From Cyanobacteria bacterium J06592_8 (lineage in GTDB: Bacteria > Cyanobacteriota > Cyanobacteriia > Cyanobacteriales > Microcoleaceae): 32,000 bases of DNA. Below the pieces are notes generated by a model. That model made no database searches. It had not been told where the DNA came from and was given only the letters and a program-made list of their open reading frames with translations. Shown one piece after another: positions 1 to 10,980 of the stretch. A program made the translations under genes and the position numbers. Where the stretch lies: the NCBI GenBank assembly GCA_038530755.1, contig JBCBCI010000021.1, positions 6,837 through 38,836 on the forward strand, given 5' to 3'. Numbering within the stretch: the stretch's first letter is position 1; each line of letters opens with the position of its first letter.

Positions 1-123
1 GTAGTCTACGTTACCCCTCAGTCAATTTAGGCGGGCGATTTGGAAATTCCTCAATGGAGAATCGCGTGGCTTGGTTGATCGCATCTCTGTTATTTTATCC
101 GATCTGGAATTGTTTTTCTGAGG

Positions 124-3100
124 TTAGTTGGGTTCGGGGCTTGTTTCTCCAGAAGAATTGTTTTCAGAGGCTGTTAACTCCACAATCTCATCAAAGTCAA
201 AGTTTTCAATCATTTGAGTTAAAGTGTTCGCAATCGAACTATGGGTTTCGGGAATCGCTTGAATCAGATCAAACATTTGTTGATCTCGACCCACTAAAGC
301 GGCTTCGAGCATTTGCTTGCGCCATTCGGATGACATGATGTGCAAATCTTCAGGTTTAATTTTATCCCGGATTCCCTCAGAACTGATATCAACTGATTCA
401 GATTCCTGTTGATAAATGTAGCGCACCCCCAGATATTCACCTAACTTTTCAAAGATGACTTCTTCTTGAAAGGGTTTTCTAACAAAATCATCACATCCTG
501 CATTGAGAACAGCTTTTCGTTCTTGCTCAAAGACGCTTGCTGTTAGAGCCACAATCACCACTTTATCACCATCAGGAGCCGATCTAATTCGGCGAGTTGC
601 TTCATAGCCATCTAATACAGGCATTCGGATATCCATCCAAATAAAATCAGCTTTCCAACTCTTCCACAATTCTAGAGCCTTTTCACCATTTTCTGCTTCT
701 TGAACGTTGAAACCCACAGAGAGCAAAAGCTGGGAGAGAAGTTTTCGGTTTTGCCATTGATCGTCAACGACTAAAATCCGATATTCAGGTTGATCGGGTT
801 CTAATCCCATGACAGGTTGGCTGGGTTTTTGAGGTTGAATTTCATAGACTTCTGTGAGGGTAACGGGAATCTCAAACTCAACGGTTGTTCCGATTCCTAT
901 CTGACTTTTGACCTGAATTTCTCCACCCATCATCTGTACAAATTTGCGGCTAATTGGCAATCCTAAACCTGTTCCCTGCTGGACTTTTTGTCCACTGCTG
1001 GTTTGTACAAATGCCTCGAAAATATTATCAATTTCTTCGGGGGAAATTCCGGTTCCGGTATCGAGCACTTCAAAGACAAGATTGAGTCGATTATTTTTAT
1101 AGCTTTCTGGGAAAACTTTGGATTTAATTTTTAAGATGATTTGACCTGTTTCTGTGTATTTAATCGCATTTCCCAGAAGGTTAATTAAAACCTGGCGCAG
1201 TTTACTTTCATCCGTCTCAATATACTGAGGAACATTTTCATCTTGTTCAAACTTCAGGGTTAACCCTTTGCTTGCAGCTTTCAAGTGTAGCATTTGATCT
1301 AAGGTATTGAGTAAATGATACAAATCAAAGCTACTTTCATAGAGAGTCATCTGACCGGCTTCAATTTTCGAGAGATCTAGAATACTATTAATTAAACCCA
1401 GTAAATGCTCTCCGCTACTATTAATAATATTAAGATTATTTTGCTGTTCGGGCATCAGAGACTGATCCCGACTCATCAGTTGAGAAAAGCCAAGAATCGC
1501 ATTTAATGGGGTGCGGAGTTCATGGCTCATATTCGCGAGGAATTCACTTTTAGCTCTATTCGCGGCTTCGGCGGCATCTTTAGCTTGTTCTAAGGCTGTC
1601 TCTGCTTGTTTGCGCTTAGTAATATCTTTTAAAATTGCGGTAAAAATCCAACCTTCACCCATTTTAATTTTAGAAATTGAAGCTTCGGCTGGAAATCTTT
1701 CTCCATTTTTACGCCATCCACAAACTTCTCTAGAGCGTTCACCCATGCCACGGGATTGACATTCAAGCCGTGCAAAATTTAACACATATCTATGATGAAT
1801 TTCTCGAGCATCCATCGGGAGCAAAATGTCTAAGGATTTCCCAATCGTTTCGGCTGAAGAGTAGCCAAAAATCTTTTCTGCTCCGTGATTAAAAAGCAAG
1901 ATTTTATGATTCTCATTCACGGAAATAATCGCATCTTCTGCATTGTCTAAAATTCCGGCTAATCGTTCTTGACTTTCCTGAAGTTTTTGTTCGGCGAGAT
2001 CCCGTTCTAAGCTAATGGGAATCATCTCTCCGACTCGTTGAATTAATTTAATTTCTTCTAATGTCCATTCTTTAGGAGAACGGATCATACTGCAACAAAC
2101 AGCCCCGACAACTTTTCCGACACTAATCATCGGTACAATCAGAATTGATTTGAGTCCTCGTTTTTTCCATTCTCGTTTGAGACTAAGGGCTTCTTTGGGC
2201 AAACTATTAATATCAGGAATATGAACAATTTTATGACTTTTAAGCTGCTTAAAACCCCAGTCAAAAAGCTTCACCGGCATTTCTTGCACCTCTGACATTG
2301 TTGAGGTAATATCTTGATTGCACCACTCATTCGTCATGCTCACCAATTGCCGACCTTGATCCGCATATTGCAAAATATAACAGCGATCGATTTGGGTTAA
2401 TTGTCCAATTTCTGCCAAGGCAAAATCAATAGCTGGATTCACATCTTGATCGACAAACTGCTGAAAAATACGGCTAACTGAATGGTCGATCTGAGAACGT
2501 TTTTGCAACGCCAGTTCCGCCTGTTTTCGTTCGGTGATATCACTGAAAATACTCAACACACAAGTTTGTCCATTCAAGTCAATCAGTTCGGCTGAATATA
2601 ACGCGATCCGGATTTCTCCAGACTTCGTATGAAATTCACATTCATAACTCCGGATCACTCCATCTTTATTCAAAATATCAGCAATATAATTCCGATCTTC
2701 TGGATTGATCAAAAAGTTAAAGTCCTTAACATTTTTATTGAAAATATCATTCGATTCATAGCCGAGGAGTTTGAGCGCACTTTCATTAAAATCGACAATA
2801 TAACCATCGGAAAACTGAGTAATAAAGCTCGGATTTGGATTACTCTGAAAGGCTTTAGAAAATTTATTCTCTGAAAGACGCAATGCTCTTTCAGCTTGTC
2901 GTCTTTCCCAAACTTCCTCTCGCAATTGTTGGTTAGCATCTTTGAGCTGACTGGTTCGTTCCTCGACCCGAATTTCTAACTCCTCAAATGCGGTTTTAAG
3001 CTGACGAGCCATTTGATTAAAGGAGTCCGCTAACATTTTTAACTCACTAACACGGGCGACATTCACCTTTTGATTGAGCTGTCCAAAGGCGATCGCTTGA

Positions 3101-4248
3101 CTGGCTCGCGCGAGTTGTAAAATTTGTCCGGCAATCCAACGAGACGTTAACCCACCTAACCCAATGGCGAGGACAAGAGCGGCTAATCCAAACACAATTG
3201 CCATGCGACGATTGGCATTAATTTGTGCCATGAAATCGGCTTCAGGTACGACTACCACAATCAGCCAATCTAATCCATAGCTATCAGAGTAAGGTACAGC
3301 ATCGACGAAATACTGTTGACCCTCGATTTTCAATTCCAAAGACTTAACTTGATCAATATTCTTTAACGACCCAGTAAAGCTAATTAAATGTTGAATTGCG
3401 GCTCGGGTCAATGGATTTTGACTTTCGATACCCTGAAGTCTGGTGAGCTGATTCTGAGGGGTCATTTCATAAACGGGTTCATCCGTCGAAGTCGCCACCA
3501 GTTCTCCTGAACGTTCTAGGATAAATGTTTGTGCTGAAGGCGTGAGTTTGAGCTGACGCAAAACATCACTAAACACGGTTAAAACGACATCAACAGCCAT
3601 CACCCCTTGCAGATTTCCATCGCGATCGTAAAAGGGTCGAGTTGCTGTGATTCCTAAGTTTCCATCTGTAAAGGCATAAATTGGACTCCAAGTGGCTTGT
3701 CGATTTTGTATCCCAGTTTGATACCAAGGTCGAGTCCGGGGATCGTAGTCATCGTTGATATTTAGGGGTGATTTTGATTTTAGAGAGGGTGTACGCCTTT
3801 TTGTTAGCTGTTGGTAATATTCAGAAGTTGCAGAGCTAGCAAGTGATAAATCTGAAGTTCGATATACACCCAGGTATTCTCCCGTTTCTGTCCCCAAATA
3901 TATACTTTCGAGCGTCTCAACTCGCTGGATTTGCAAGAAAAAGCGACTCTCAACGACGGATAAATTGTCCAAACTCAAATATCCGATTTCAATGGCATCT
4001 ACATTAATATTAGTGAGGAGTATGGGTTCATCAAGATAGTTATCCAGTCGTTCATCAACGTGTTCGCCGAGTTCATTCATCAACTGGCTGACTAAATCCT
4101 GTACAGCGTCTTGGCTATTTCGGTGAGAGATATAGCCGATCGCCCCAACCACTGCCACAATCTGAAGGGCAAACGGTACAATCAAGATGAGCTGCAAAGG
4201 AAATCTCAGTTTAGGGTTGAGTAAGCGAAGCAGGGGATTAATCGACAT
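124..4248 (-). CDS. Hybrid sensor histidine kinase / response regulator (TM, Cache-like extracytoplasmic domain, TM, HAMP, coiled coil, PAS, GAF, PAS, HisKA, HATPase_c, REC, short C-terminal helical tail)
   Basis: 1374-aa ORF with an ATG start. H-box is SHELRTPLNAILGF. N/G boxes are LINLLGNAIKYT, DTGTGI and GTGLGLPISRKF. The receiver domain shows ILVVDDQ ... WMDIRMPVLDG ... ALTA. Two hydrophobic segments flank an about-300-aa external region. Confidence 0.9.
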   Translation of the reverse strand: MSINPLLRLLNPKLRFPLQLILIVPFALQIVAVVGAIGYISHRNSQDAVQDLVSQLMNELGEHVDERLDNYLDEPILLTNINVDAIEIGYLSLDNLSVVESRFFLQIQRVETLESIYLGTETGEYLGVYRTSDLSLASSATSEYYQQLTKRRTPSLKSKSPLNINDDYDPRTRPWYQTGIQNRQATWSPIYAFTDGNLGITATRPFYDRDGNLQGVMAVDVVLTVFSDVLRQLKLTPSAQTFILERSGELVATSTDEPVYEMTPQNQLTRLQGIESQNPLTRAAIQHLISFTGSLKNIDQVKSLELKIEGQQYFVDAVPYSDSYGLDWLIVVVVPEADFMAQINANRRMAIVFGLAALVLAIGLGGLTSRWIAGQILQLARASQAIAFGQLNQKVNVARVSELKMLADSFNQMARQLKTAFEELEIRVEERTSQLKDANQQLREEVWERRQAERALRLSENKFSKAFQSNPNPSFITQFSDGYIVDFNESALKLLGYESNDIFNKNVKDFNFLINPEDRNYIADILNKDGVIRSYECEFHTKSGEIRIALYSAELIDLNGQTCVLSIFSDITERKQAELALQKRSQIDHSVSRIFQQFVDQDVNPAIDFALAEIGQLTQIDRCYILQYADQGRQLVSMTNEWCNQDITSTMSEVQEMPVKLFDWGFKQLKSHKIVHIPDINSLPKEALSLKREWKKRGLKSILIVPMISVGKVVGAVCCSMIRSPKEWTLEEIKLIQRVGEMIPISLERDLAEQKLQESQERLAGILDNAEDAIISVNENHKILLFNHGAEKIFGYSSAETIGKSLDILLPMDAREIHHRYVLNFARLECQSRGMGERSREVCGWRKNGERFPAEASISKIKMGEGWIFTAILKDITKRKQAETALEQAKDAAEAANRAKSEFLANMSHELRTPLNAILGFSQLMSRDQSLMPEQQNNLNIINSSGEHLLGLINSILDLSKIEAGQMTLYESSFDLYHLLNTLDQMLHLKAASKGLTLKFEQDENVPQYIETDESKLRQVLINLLGNAIKYTETGQIILKIKSKVFPESYKNNRLNLVFEVLDTGTGISPEEIDNIFEAFVQTSSGQKVQQGTGLGLPISRKFVQMMGGEIQVKSQIGIGTTVEFEIPVTLTEVYEIQPQKPSQPVMGLEPDQPEYRILVVDDQWQNRKLLSQLLLSVGFNVQEAENGEKALELWKSWKADFIWMDIRMPVLDGYEATRRIRSAPDGDKVVIVALTASVFEQERKAVLNAGCDDFVRKPFQEEVIFEKLGEYLGVRYIYQQESESVDISSEGIRDKIKPEDLHIMSSEWRKQMLEAALVGRDQQMFDLIQAIPETHSSIANTLTQMIENFDFDEIVELTASENNSSGETSPEPN

Positions 4249-4474
4249 GGCGGGTACTCTGACCGAACAGACAACAGAATTTAGAATCGGTGTTGGTTTA
4301 ATTTTGACCTATCAAAGTCAGAATTGGTGAGAATCTTAAATATAAGCTTAAGGGGCGATTGATCAGATTTAACTCTCCATCTCCTGTGTCTTCTTATCTC
4401 CTGTTAACCCACTCCCCTTCGACCTGCTTCGCTACAATCAGTATTAACTTATAACCGAAAAGGTGTAATCTCCC

Positions 4475-6214
4475 GTGTCTTCCTCAAACACTCCCGCTCA
4501 ATCGTTTAAATTTGACTCCATTGAAGATGCCCTTGCTGACTTGAAAGCTGGACGTTGTATTGTTGTTGTGGATGATGAACATCGGGAAAATGAAGGCGAT
4601 TTGATTGGGATCGCTCAATTTGCGACTCCTGATATGATTAATTTTATGGCGGTTCATGCGCGAGGATTAATCTGTCTGGCTCTGAGCGGCGATCGCCTCG
4701 ATGAACTCGATTTACCTTTAATGGTTGCCAACAATACCGATAGCAACCAAACGGCTTTCACTGTCAGTATTGATGCGTCTCCAGCGATGGGAGTCAGCAC
4801 CGGGATTTCCGCCGAAGATCGCGCCCGCACGATTCAAGTCGCGATTAATCCCTCAACCCGTCCTCAAGATTTACGACGACCGGGTCATATTTTCCCGTTG
4901 AGGGCGCGAGAAGGAGGTGTTTTGAAGCGGGCGGGTCATACCGAAGCAGCAGTGGATTTGGCTCGATTAGCGGGCTTATATCCCGGTGGTGTGATCTGCG
5001 AAATCCAAAACCCAGATGGTTCGATGGCGCGTTTACCGGAGTTGATTGAATATGCAAAAATTCACGATCTGAAATTAATTAGCATTGCCGATCTGATTAG
5101 TTATCGCCTGTTTCACGATCGCTTTATTCATCGAGAAGCCATTGCAAAATTACCCACTCAGTTCGGTGAATTTCTGATTTATGCCTATCGAAATATGTTG
5201 GATCAATCTGAACACGTTGCGATTATTAAAGGCGATCCGGCAGAGTTTAAAGACCAACCTGTGATGGTGCGAGTACATTCAGAATGTTTAACGGGAGATG
5301 CCTTTGGTTCGTTGCGGTGCGACTGTCGGATGCAACTGCAAGCCGCTTTGAAAATGATTGAGGAAGCCGGAGCAGGTGTTGTTGTTTACTTACGACAAGA
5401 AGGCCGAGGCATTGGTTTAATTAATAAGTTAAAAGCTTATTCTTTACAGGATTTAGGACTAGATACGGTAGAAGCAAATGAACGGTTAGGTTTTCCAGCC
5501 GATCTGCGAAATTATGGGTTAGGCGCACAGATTCTGAATGATATTGGCGTCAATAAAATTTGCTTAATTACGAATAATCCTCGAAAAATTGCTGGGTTAA
5601 AAGGGTATAGAATTGAAATTGTAGATCGAGTTCCCTTATTAATTGAAGCGACCGATTATAATTCTAAGTATCTGGCAACAAAAGCAAAAAAATTAGGGCA
5701 TTTATTACTTCAGACCTATTTAGTGACAGTCGCCATTCAATGGGATGAAGCTAGAGTTCAATTTGGAGGAGAAGATTTGAGTTTAGAGACTCCTTCGACT
5801 CCAGCCGTATTGAAATCTGCGGTTCAACTCCATGAAAAGTCTGATCGCCTCGACAAACTCAAGGATTTAGCCAGAAGTCACGATTTACTCCTACAAGAAG
5901 AACGTCGTCCCTTGGCGACAGCGTTGTTTCATCCAGCCTCTTTAACCTTTCATTTAGGCTTAGATCAAGTAGACGCAGCCAGTGAAGATTGGTATCAACA
6001 GAGCGATCATCCATACATAGAAGCGATCGCGAAAATCCTTGACCAAATTCTGACTGCGCCTGGACTCAAAAAGTTAGAGTTTCTCGTTTCTTCCGGGGTC
6101 GATCCGTTAGCCAATCTACAAGTCCAACTCCAGCGACAAACCTTCCCTTTGACTCAATTTCCCTCATCTATTTGCGACGGGCTCGAACCTCAAACGATTT
6201 ACAGTTTTTCTTGA
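4475..6214 (+). CDS. ribBA: Bifunctional 3,4-dihydroxy-2-butanone-4-phosphate synthase / GTP cyclohydrolase II with an about-170-aa C-terminal extension
   Basis: 579-aa ORF with a GTG start. DHBP synthase motif is [13 protein letters not shown]. The GCH II zinc/catalytic region is [21 protein letters not shown] ... [11 protein letters not shown]. The canonical domains end near residue 405. Confidence 0.9.
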   Translation: MSSSNTPAQSFKFDSIEDALADLKAGRCIVVVDDEHRENEGDLIGIAQFATPDMINFMAVHARGLICLALSGDRLDELDLPLMVANNTDSNQTAFTVSIDASPAMGVSTGISAEDRARTIQVAINPSTRPQDLRRPGHIFPLRAREGGVLKRAGHTEAAVDLARLAGLYPGGVICEIQNPDGSMARLPELIEYAKIHDLKLISIADLISYRLFHDRFIHREAIAKLPTQFGEFLIYAYRNMLDQSEHVAIIKGDPAEFKDQPVMVRVHSECLTGDAFGSLRCDCRMQLQAALKMIEEAGAGVVVYLRQEGRGIGLINKLKAYSLQDLGLDTVEANERLGFPADLRNYGLGAQILNDIGVNKICLITNNPRKIAGLKGYRIEIVDRVPLLIEATDYNSKYLATKAKKLGHLLLQTYLVTVAIQWDEARVQFGGEDLSLETPSTPAVLKSAVQLHEKSDRLDKLKDLARSHDLLLQEERRPLATALFHPASLTFHLGLDQVDAASEDWYQQSDHPYIEAIAKILDQILTAPGLKKLEFLVSSGVDPLANLQVQLQRQTFPLTQFPSSICDGLEPQTIYSFS

Positions 6215-6229
6215 GTTTGGAACCGAGTG

Positions 6230-7090
6230 TTATCTAGGTGCATCGACTTCTGATAACTCACTCAAGTTAAACAAGAACGGTACGCTACTCTTAGAATCTC
6301 CATTCAAAATCAACACCTTCGGCATTTGTGCGCCACCCTGTTTCCAAGCTTCAATGGCTTCTTTTTGTAGAACTAATTCGCCCCCTTGATTTTTCAAGGT
6401 TTCTGCAAGTAAACGCTGGGCTTCCGCTCTACCTTTGGCTCGATTCACATCAGCTTGAGCCTGTTGTTCAGCTTCTCGCGCCACATAGACAGCTCGTTGC
6501 GCCCGTTGTTCAGCGATTTGTTTTTCTTCAACGGCTCTAGCAAACTCTGGCGAAAACGTGAGATCGACCACACTGGTATCGAGTACCACAATACCATACT
6601 TCTCCAATCGCGCATTCAGTGCTTCATCGAAGTCAGACTTGAGTTCGTCTCGTTTAGTAATCGCTTCTTCAATCGTGAGTTTTGCAGCAGCAATTTTAAA
6701 TGCTTCTTGAGTTTGAGGGGCGATCACCTTAGAAACAACATTTTGCAACGTTCCCTGTTCACGTCGAATTGTGACCACTTGTACCGGATCGAGACGAAAG
6801 TTAATTGCAAAACTCGCCGAAAGTTGTTGTAAATCCTTTGTCGCACTCTGGGCGGGAACTTCAAACTTTTGAACGGTGACATCGTAAACATCCACCGCAG
6901 AAATCAAAGGCGGCTTAAAGTGTAGACCCTCCAAGAGTGCGCCATCTCTGGCTTTCCCTAAAATACTCAATACTCCTGCCTGGCCTGGATTAATCACAAC
7001 AAACGCATTGAGTCCGACTAAAAGAACGGCTGAGATGACAATACCTAAAATGAGTGCAGGTAGCCCCTGCTGTGGTGCTGCGTTTTTCAA
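6230..7090 (-). CDS. SPFH / band 7 (prohibitin-family) membrane protein
   Basis: 286-aa ORF. It has an N-terminal TM helix (LPALILGIVISAVLLVGLNAFVV), an SPFH-like core and an Ala/Glu/Gln-rich coiled coil (AEQRAQRAVYVAREAEQQAQADVNRAKGRAEAQRLLAE). Confidence 0.85.
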   Translation of the reverse strand: MKNAAPQQGLPALILGIVISAVLLVGLNAFVVINPGQAGVLSILGKARDGALLEGLHFKPPLISAVDVYDVTVQKFEVPAQSATKDLQQLSASFAINFRLDPVQVVTIRREQGTLQNVVSKVIAPQTQEAFKIAAAKLTIEEAITKRDELKSDFDEALNARLEKYGIVVLDTSVVDLTFSPEFARAVEEKQIAEQRAQRAVYVAREAEQQAQADVNRAKGRAEAQRLLAETLKNQGGELVLQKEAIEAWKQGGAQMPKVLILNGDSKSSVPFLFNLSELSEVDAPR

Positions 7091-7720
7091 GGTTGAACTC
7101 CTTTTAAAAGTTTGATCTGTTATCTACGATACGCCTAATGGCTCCCTCTGCGAGCAGACTCAAGAAATCTTTCATAATTTGACAGACTCCCAGCTTGGAA
7201 ATTACAGAGATTATCAGCTCAAAGAATAATTATAGAAAAGTTCTATTTTAGCCCCTCTAATTTCAGAGTTTATTTCCTGATTTTTGAAATCTTGTTTTCA
7301 GTATTTTTTCTTGATTATTGATGTTTGAATTCGACGAAAAACGTCATTCTCTAATTTTTAAATTCGGTTGGATTAATGTCTGAATCGGGGAATTGTTCTT
7401 TAAGAATCAAAGCAGACCAGAGTGTAAACCCTAAAACAGCTAAACCTGTTAATCCATCGGTAAGGATAAAAAAGTGCATTTTGATTGAAAAGTTGGACAA
7501 GCTTCCGAAACAGTAATGTAGCAAACTATCAATACCGGAAAAGGAATTAGGAATTTTACACATTGACTTTGACTGAGAATCTAGAAATTAGAATCTTGAA
7601 TATTCTTAGCATTTTAGGAAAGGAGTTGCGATCGGTCTTTAGGAAAACTTTAAAATTGAAGAGTGCTGGAGCGCTCACAGAGAAGTTAGACTGAAACCTT
7701 ACCGTAATGTAGAAGAATTT

Positions 7721-9202
7721 ATGCTCGATACCTTAGATCTGAGTTTATCTCTAGATAAAGAAACATATCAGAGTCAAGTTGAAAGCTTAATGCAAAAATT
7801 GCGATCGCTTCAACACACCTGTTGGGAGAAAAAGCTTCCAGTAATGATTGTCCTAGAAGGTTGGACCGCAGCCGGAAAGGGAGCATTAGTCAAAAAAATG
7901 GTCGGCTACATGGACCCGCGAGGATTCATCGTTCATCCCATTTGGCCCGCCACCAAACAGGAACGCCGTTATCCATTTATGTGGCGGTTTTGGCAAGTGT
8001 TACCTGCTCAGGGTCAGATGGGTATTTTTTATCACAGTTGGTATACCCACGTTCTCGAAGACAGGCTATTTGAGAGACTTCTGGAGGCAGAAGTTCCGAT
8101 GGCAATGCAGGAAATTAATGCCTTTGAACGGCAAATGATCGATGATGGTGTCGTCATGTCAAAATTTTGGATTCATCTGAGTCAAAAAGAACTGAAGCGT
8201 CGTCTCAAAAAAGCAGGCAAAGATGAGTTAAGAGCGTGGCGAGTACGTCCAGAAGATTGGCATCAGGAGGAAAATTACAACACCTATTCTACCTTTGCGG
8301 AAGAAATGTTAATTCAGACGAGTACCGGGGCAGCTCCTTGGACGCTGGTAGAAGGCGATAGTCAACGCTACGCTCGGGTTAAAGTCCTCTCAACGATGGT
8401 TGCCACGCTTAAAGAAGCATTAGAGCGGTTACAGGTTCAACCTCCGCCTGTGTCTACACCGCCCCAAGACCACCTCGACCCAACTGAACCCAATCCTCTT
8501 AGACAAGTTGATCTGAGTCAATCTCTTTCTGTAGATGAATATAAGCAACAACTCTCCGAGCAACAAATTCGCCTCAGTCAACTGCAAAGAGAAATTTACA
8601 AACAAGAGATTCCGGTGTTAGCGATATTTGAAGGTTGGGATGCCGCCGGGAAAGGAGGAGCTATTAAACGGTTGACTCATGTTTTAGACCCCCGCAGCTA
8701 TCAAGTTCAACCCTATGCAGCACCAACCGATGAGGAGAAAAATCATCACTATCTCTGGCGATTTTGGCGACATCTACCCCCAAGTGGAAAAATTGGAATT
8801 TTTGACCGTAGCTGGTATGGTCGCGTTCTCGTGGAACGAGTAGAAGGGTTTGCGACAGAGAAGCAATGGCGACGAGCCTATCGAGAAATCAATGAATTTG
8901 AGGAACAACTCACCAGTGCCGGCTATGTGTTGGTAAAGTTTTGGCTGCATATTGACCGCGATGAACAACTGAAGCGATTTCAAGCCAGAGAAGAGAATCC
9001 CTTTAAACAATATAAACTGACAGATGAAGACTGGCGCAATCGAGAAAAATGGCCTTTGTACGAAGTTGCGGTCAATCAGATGATTCAGCGCACTCACACG
9101 CCAACTGCCCCCTGGACGGTTGTAGCGGCGAATTGCAAATATTTTGCACGGGTGCAAGTGGTGGAAACCGTTGTTGAAGCGATTCAGCGTCAAATTCAGT
9201 AA
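7721..9202 (+). CDS. ppk2: Two-domain polyphosphate kinase 2 family protein (polyphosphate:AMP phosphotransferase-type architecture)
   Basis: 493-aa ORF with two tandem PPK2 domains. Each has a Walker-A-like loop (EGWTAAGKG and EGWDAAGKGG) and a lid motif (YHSWY / FDRSWY). Confidence 0.85.
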   Translation: MLDTLDLSLSLDKETYQSQVESLMQKLRSLQHTCWEKKLPVMIVLEGWTAAGKGALVKKMVGYMDPRGFIVHPIWPATKQERRYPFMWRFWQVLPAQGQMGIFYHSWYTHVLEDRLFERLLEAEVPMAMQEINAFERQMIDDGVVMSKFWIHLSQKELKRRLKKAGKDELRAWRVRPEDWHQEENYNTYSTFAEEMLIQTSTGAAPWTLVEGDSQRYARVKVLSTMVATLKEALERLQVQPPPVSTPPQDHLDPTEPNPLRQVDLSQSLSVDEYKQQLSEQQIRLSQLQREIYKQEIPVLAIFEGWDAAGKGGAIKRLTHVLDPRSYQVQPYAAPTDEEKNHHYLWRFWRHLPPSGKIGIFDRSWYGRVLVERVEGFATEKQWRRAYREINEFEEQLTSAGYVLVKFWLHIDRDEQLKRFQAREENPFKQYKLTDEDWRNREKWPLYEVAVNQMIQRTHTPTAPWTVVAANCKYFARVQVVETVVEAIQRQIQ

Positions 9203-9453
9203 TATTGACCCCAACTGGCGCTCGCGCTCCCTTGACCATTTGATCAGTTTGACTAATATTAACAATGGGCTTTGAAACTGCTCATCATTTCTGTAAACTT
9301 TAGCCATATCCAAACTGCAATTTCCATCTCCGTTGGCCCTGAAAAGAGGTGGACAACCCGGGAAAAATCAGAAACTTCTGTTTTCTCTAGACTAAGGCTA
9401 ATTGGATTGTCTAACGTTTGGCGTCTAATAACTCATCTTGAACAATAAACAAA

Positions 9454-10440
9454 ATGTTTGTACAACTGACTCGACTTTTATTGTTACTGCTACTGGGAAC
9501 GATTATTTTTAGACTCTGGAAACTCCTGGTGAGTAAAGAGGGAAATCTAGTTTCTCGGTTATGGTTTTTGCTCGCTGTATTTTTGTTATTGATTGCCTTT
9601 ACTGCACCAGATAGTCCGGTTGGACTGTCAATTTTGAGTCTGTTATCGGTGTTTGTTTTGCCCCTGGGCTTATCGATTTTACTCTTGATTTTAGCCGCCA
9701 CTCAAATTAATAAAGGTGGAATTGCCAGTCCCGGCCCAAACTTGATTTTAACGGCACTACTGATTTTGATTTTGTCGAGTATGCCCTTTGTGGCTGAATG
9801 GTTGGCATTTCAACTCGAAAAAAATGCAATTGAAACCGTTCAAAAGAATTTATGCTGTGGAGAAAGGGCAGAAGCAATTGTTCTATTGGGTTCGGGAACA
9901 ACTGAGCCAAAGCTTCCCTACGCGACTCAAGTTCAGCTCACTCGAATTGGCGCTCGTATTCCCTACACCTCTAAACTCTATAAAGATGGTTTAGCTCCGC
10001 TAGTGATTGTGAGTGCTGGCTCTCAAAATGAATATTTACAACCCATTATTGAAGCCGACTCCATCGCTAAATTGTTGCGGGAAATGGGTGTGCCTTCCAG
10101 TGCAATCATCAAAGATACATCGGAAGGAACATTACATGATAGTGCTGTTGCCATTCAAGAAATTGCCAAGGACTATAATTTAGGACGGGCGATTATTTTG
10201 GTGACATCTGCATTAGAAATGCGGCGAGCCAGCTTAACGTTTGCTAATGTGGGTTTTAAGGTGATTCCAGCTCCCACTAACTTCTATGCCTCTCTCCCGA
10301 ATGAGAAATTTCAAGAGCGAGTTTCAGCAAAAGACTTCTTACCGAGTACAGAAGCACTTCTGATCACAACAGATGTCGTTGAAGAATATATTATTACGTT
10401 CTATTACTTTATTCGAGGGTGGCTGGCTCCTAGTATTTGA
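9454..10440 (+). CDS. DUF218 / YdcF-family membrane protein
   Basis: 328-aa ORF. It has about 4 N-terminal TM helices followed by a DUF218-like domain (AIVLLGSG ... LVIVSAG ... ILVTSALEMRRA). Confidence 0.7.
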   Translation: MFVQLTRLLLLLLLGTIIFRLWKLLVSKEGNLVSRLWFLLAVFLLLIAFTAPDSPVGLSILSLLSVFVLPLGLSILLLILAATQINKGGIASPGPNLILTALLILILSSMPFVAEWLAFQLEKNAIETVQKNLCCGERAEAIVLLGSGTTEPKLPYATQVQLTRIGARIPYTSKLYKDGLAPLVIVSAGSQNEYLQPIIEADSIAKLLREMGVPSSAIIKDTSEGTLHDSAVAIQEIAKDYNLGRAIILVTSALEMRRASLTFANVGFKVIPAPTNFYASLPNEKFQERVSAKDFLPSTEALLITTDVVEEYIITFYYFIRGWLAPSI

Positions 10441-10467
10441 GGAAATAAACACTCAAAAAAATGGGAG

Positions 10468-10571
10468 ATTCACAATTCACAATTCTTTGGAGAATTTAAG
10501 ACTCATCTTTCTATAAGAAAGCTACATTAACGGAGTTTCTTAATTAAAAAATTGAGCTGTGAATTGTGAAT
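10468..10571. repeat. 14-bp perfect inverted repeat built from (TTCACAA)x2 and (TTGTGAA)x2 with a 76-nt spacer, lying between convergent genes
   Basis: attcacaattcaca at 10468-10481 is the exact reverse complement of tgtgaattgtgaat at 10558-10571. Confidence 0.8.
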
Positions 10572-10603
10572 TCATTCTCAATTGATCCCAAATCTTCATC
10601 GCC

Positions 10604-10888
10604 TTACGGGTTAGGTTGAACAAAAGAACTAGAACTTTGATTAGAAGGATATAAGGCATCAGGAAATGGAGTCGGGCCAGTCCCGACTGTATTTCCCACA
10701 AAAAATACTAAAGAGAAAAGCAGGAAGAACAGATACCATACTGAATTCCATTCATCAGAAGAACTATAATAAGATGACTTGTCTCTTCTACGAGCCGGTT
10801 TAACATCAAATTCAAGTTCAATCCGCTTTCCTTGAACCGGACCCGAAACTCGAAAGCTATCTATTTTGATTTGTTCTCGATCAGACAT
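10604..10888 (-). CDS. Hypothetical small membrane protein
   Basis: 94-aa ORF with an ATG start and one clear hydrophobic helix (VWYLFFLLFSLVFFVGNTV). I recognise no family. Confidence 0.35.
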   Translation of the reverse strand: MSDREQIKIDSFRVSGPVQGKRIELEFDVKPARRRDKSSYYSSSDEWNSVWYLFFLLFSLVFFVGNTVGTGPTPFPDALYPSNQSSSSFVQPNP

Positions 10889-10980
10889 TGGATTTCCTCG
10901 TAAACTTGCAATTAATTGAACTTGTAAGTTAGTACGGGGTTGTCAAGCGGATCTCCGGACAAAATATGAGGATGTAAGTA

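Noticed and set aside
4249-4474. A possible FMN riboswitch upstream of ribBA.
   Set aside because: I could not find the conserved FMN-element core, and the region is a plain divergent promoter region.
7351-7563. A 70-aa minus-strand ORF in the 630-bp AT-rich gap between the prohibitin and PPK2 genes. It has an internal Met that would give a 42-aa single-TM peptide.
   Set aside because: Neither start has an SD, and I recognise no similarity. The region is AT-rich, where random ORFs are common. I did not report it as a feature, but it could be revisited with conservation data.
7637-7655. A Pho-box-like direct repeat, ctttagga-aaa-ctttaaaa, upstream of ppk2.
   Set aside because: The 11-bp phasing is right, but each half matches the PyTTAAPyPy(T/A) consensus poorly (T in place of A at position 4, purines at positions 6-7). 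It is too weak to call.
8774-9313. A 179-aa minus-strand ORF overlapping the 3' end of the PPK2 gene.
   Set aside because: About 430 nt of it is antisense to the second PPK2 domain, which has clear Walker-A and lid motifs. The translation shows no motifs and looks like a shadow frame.
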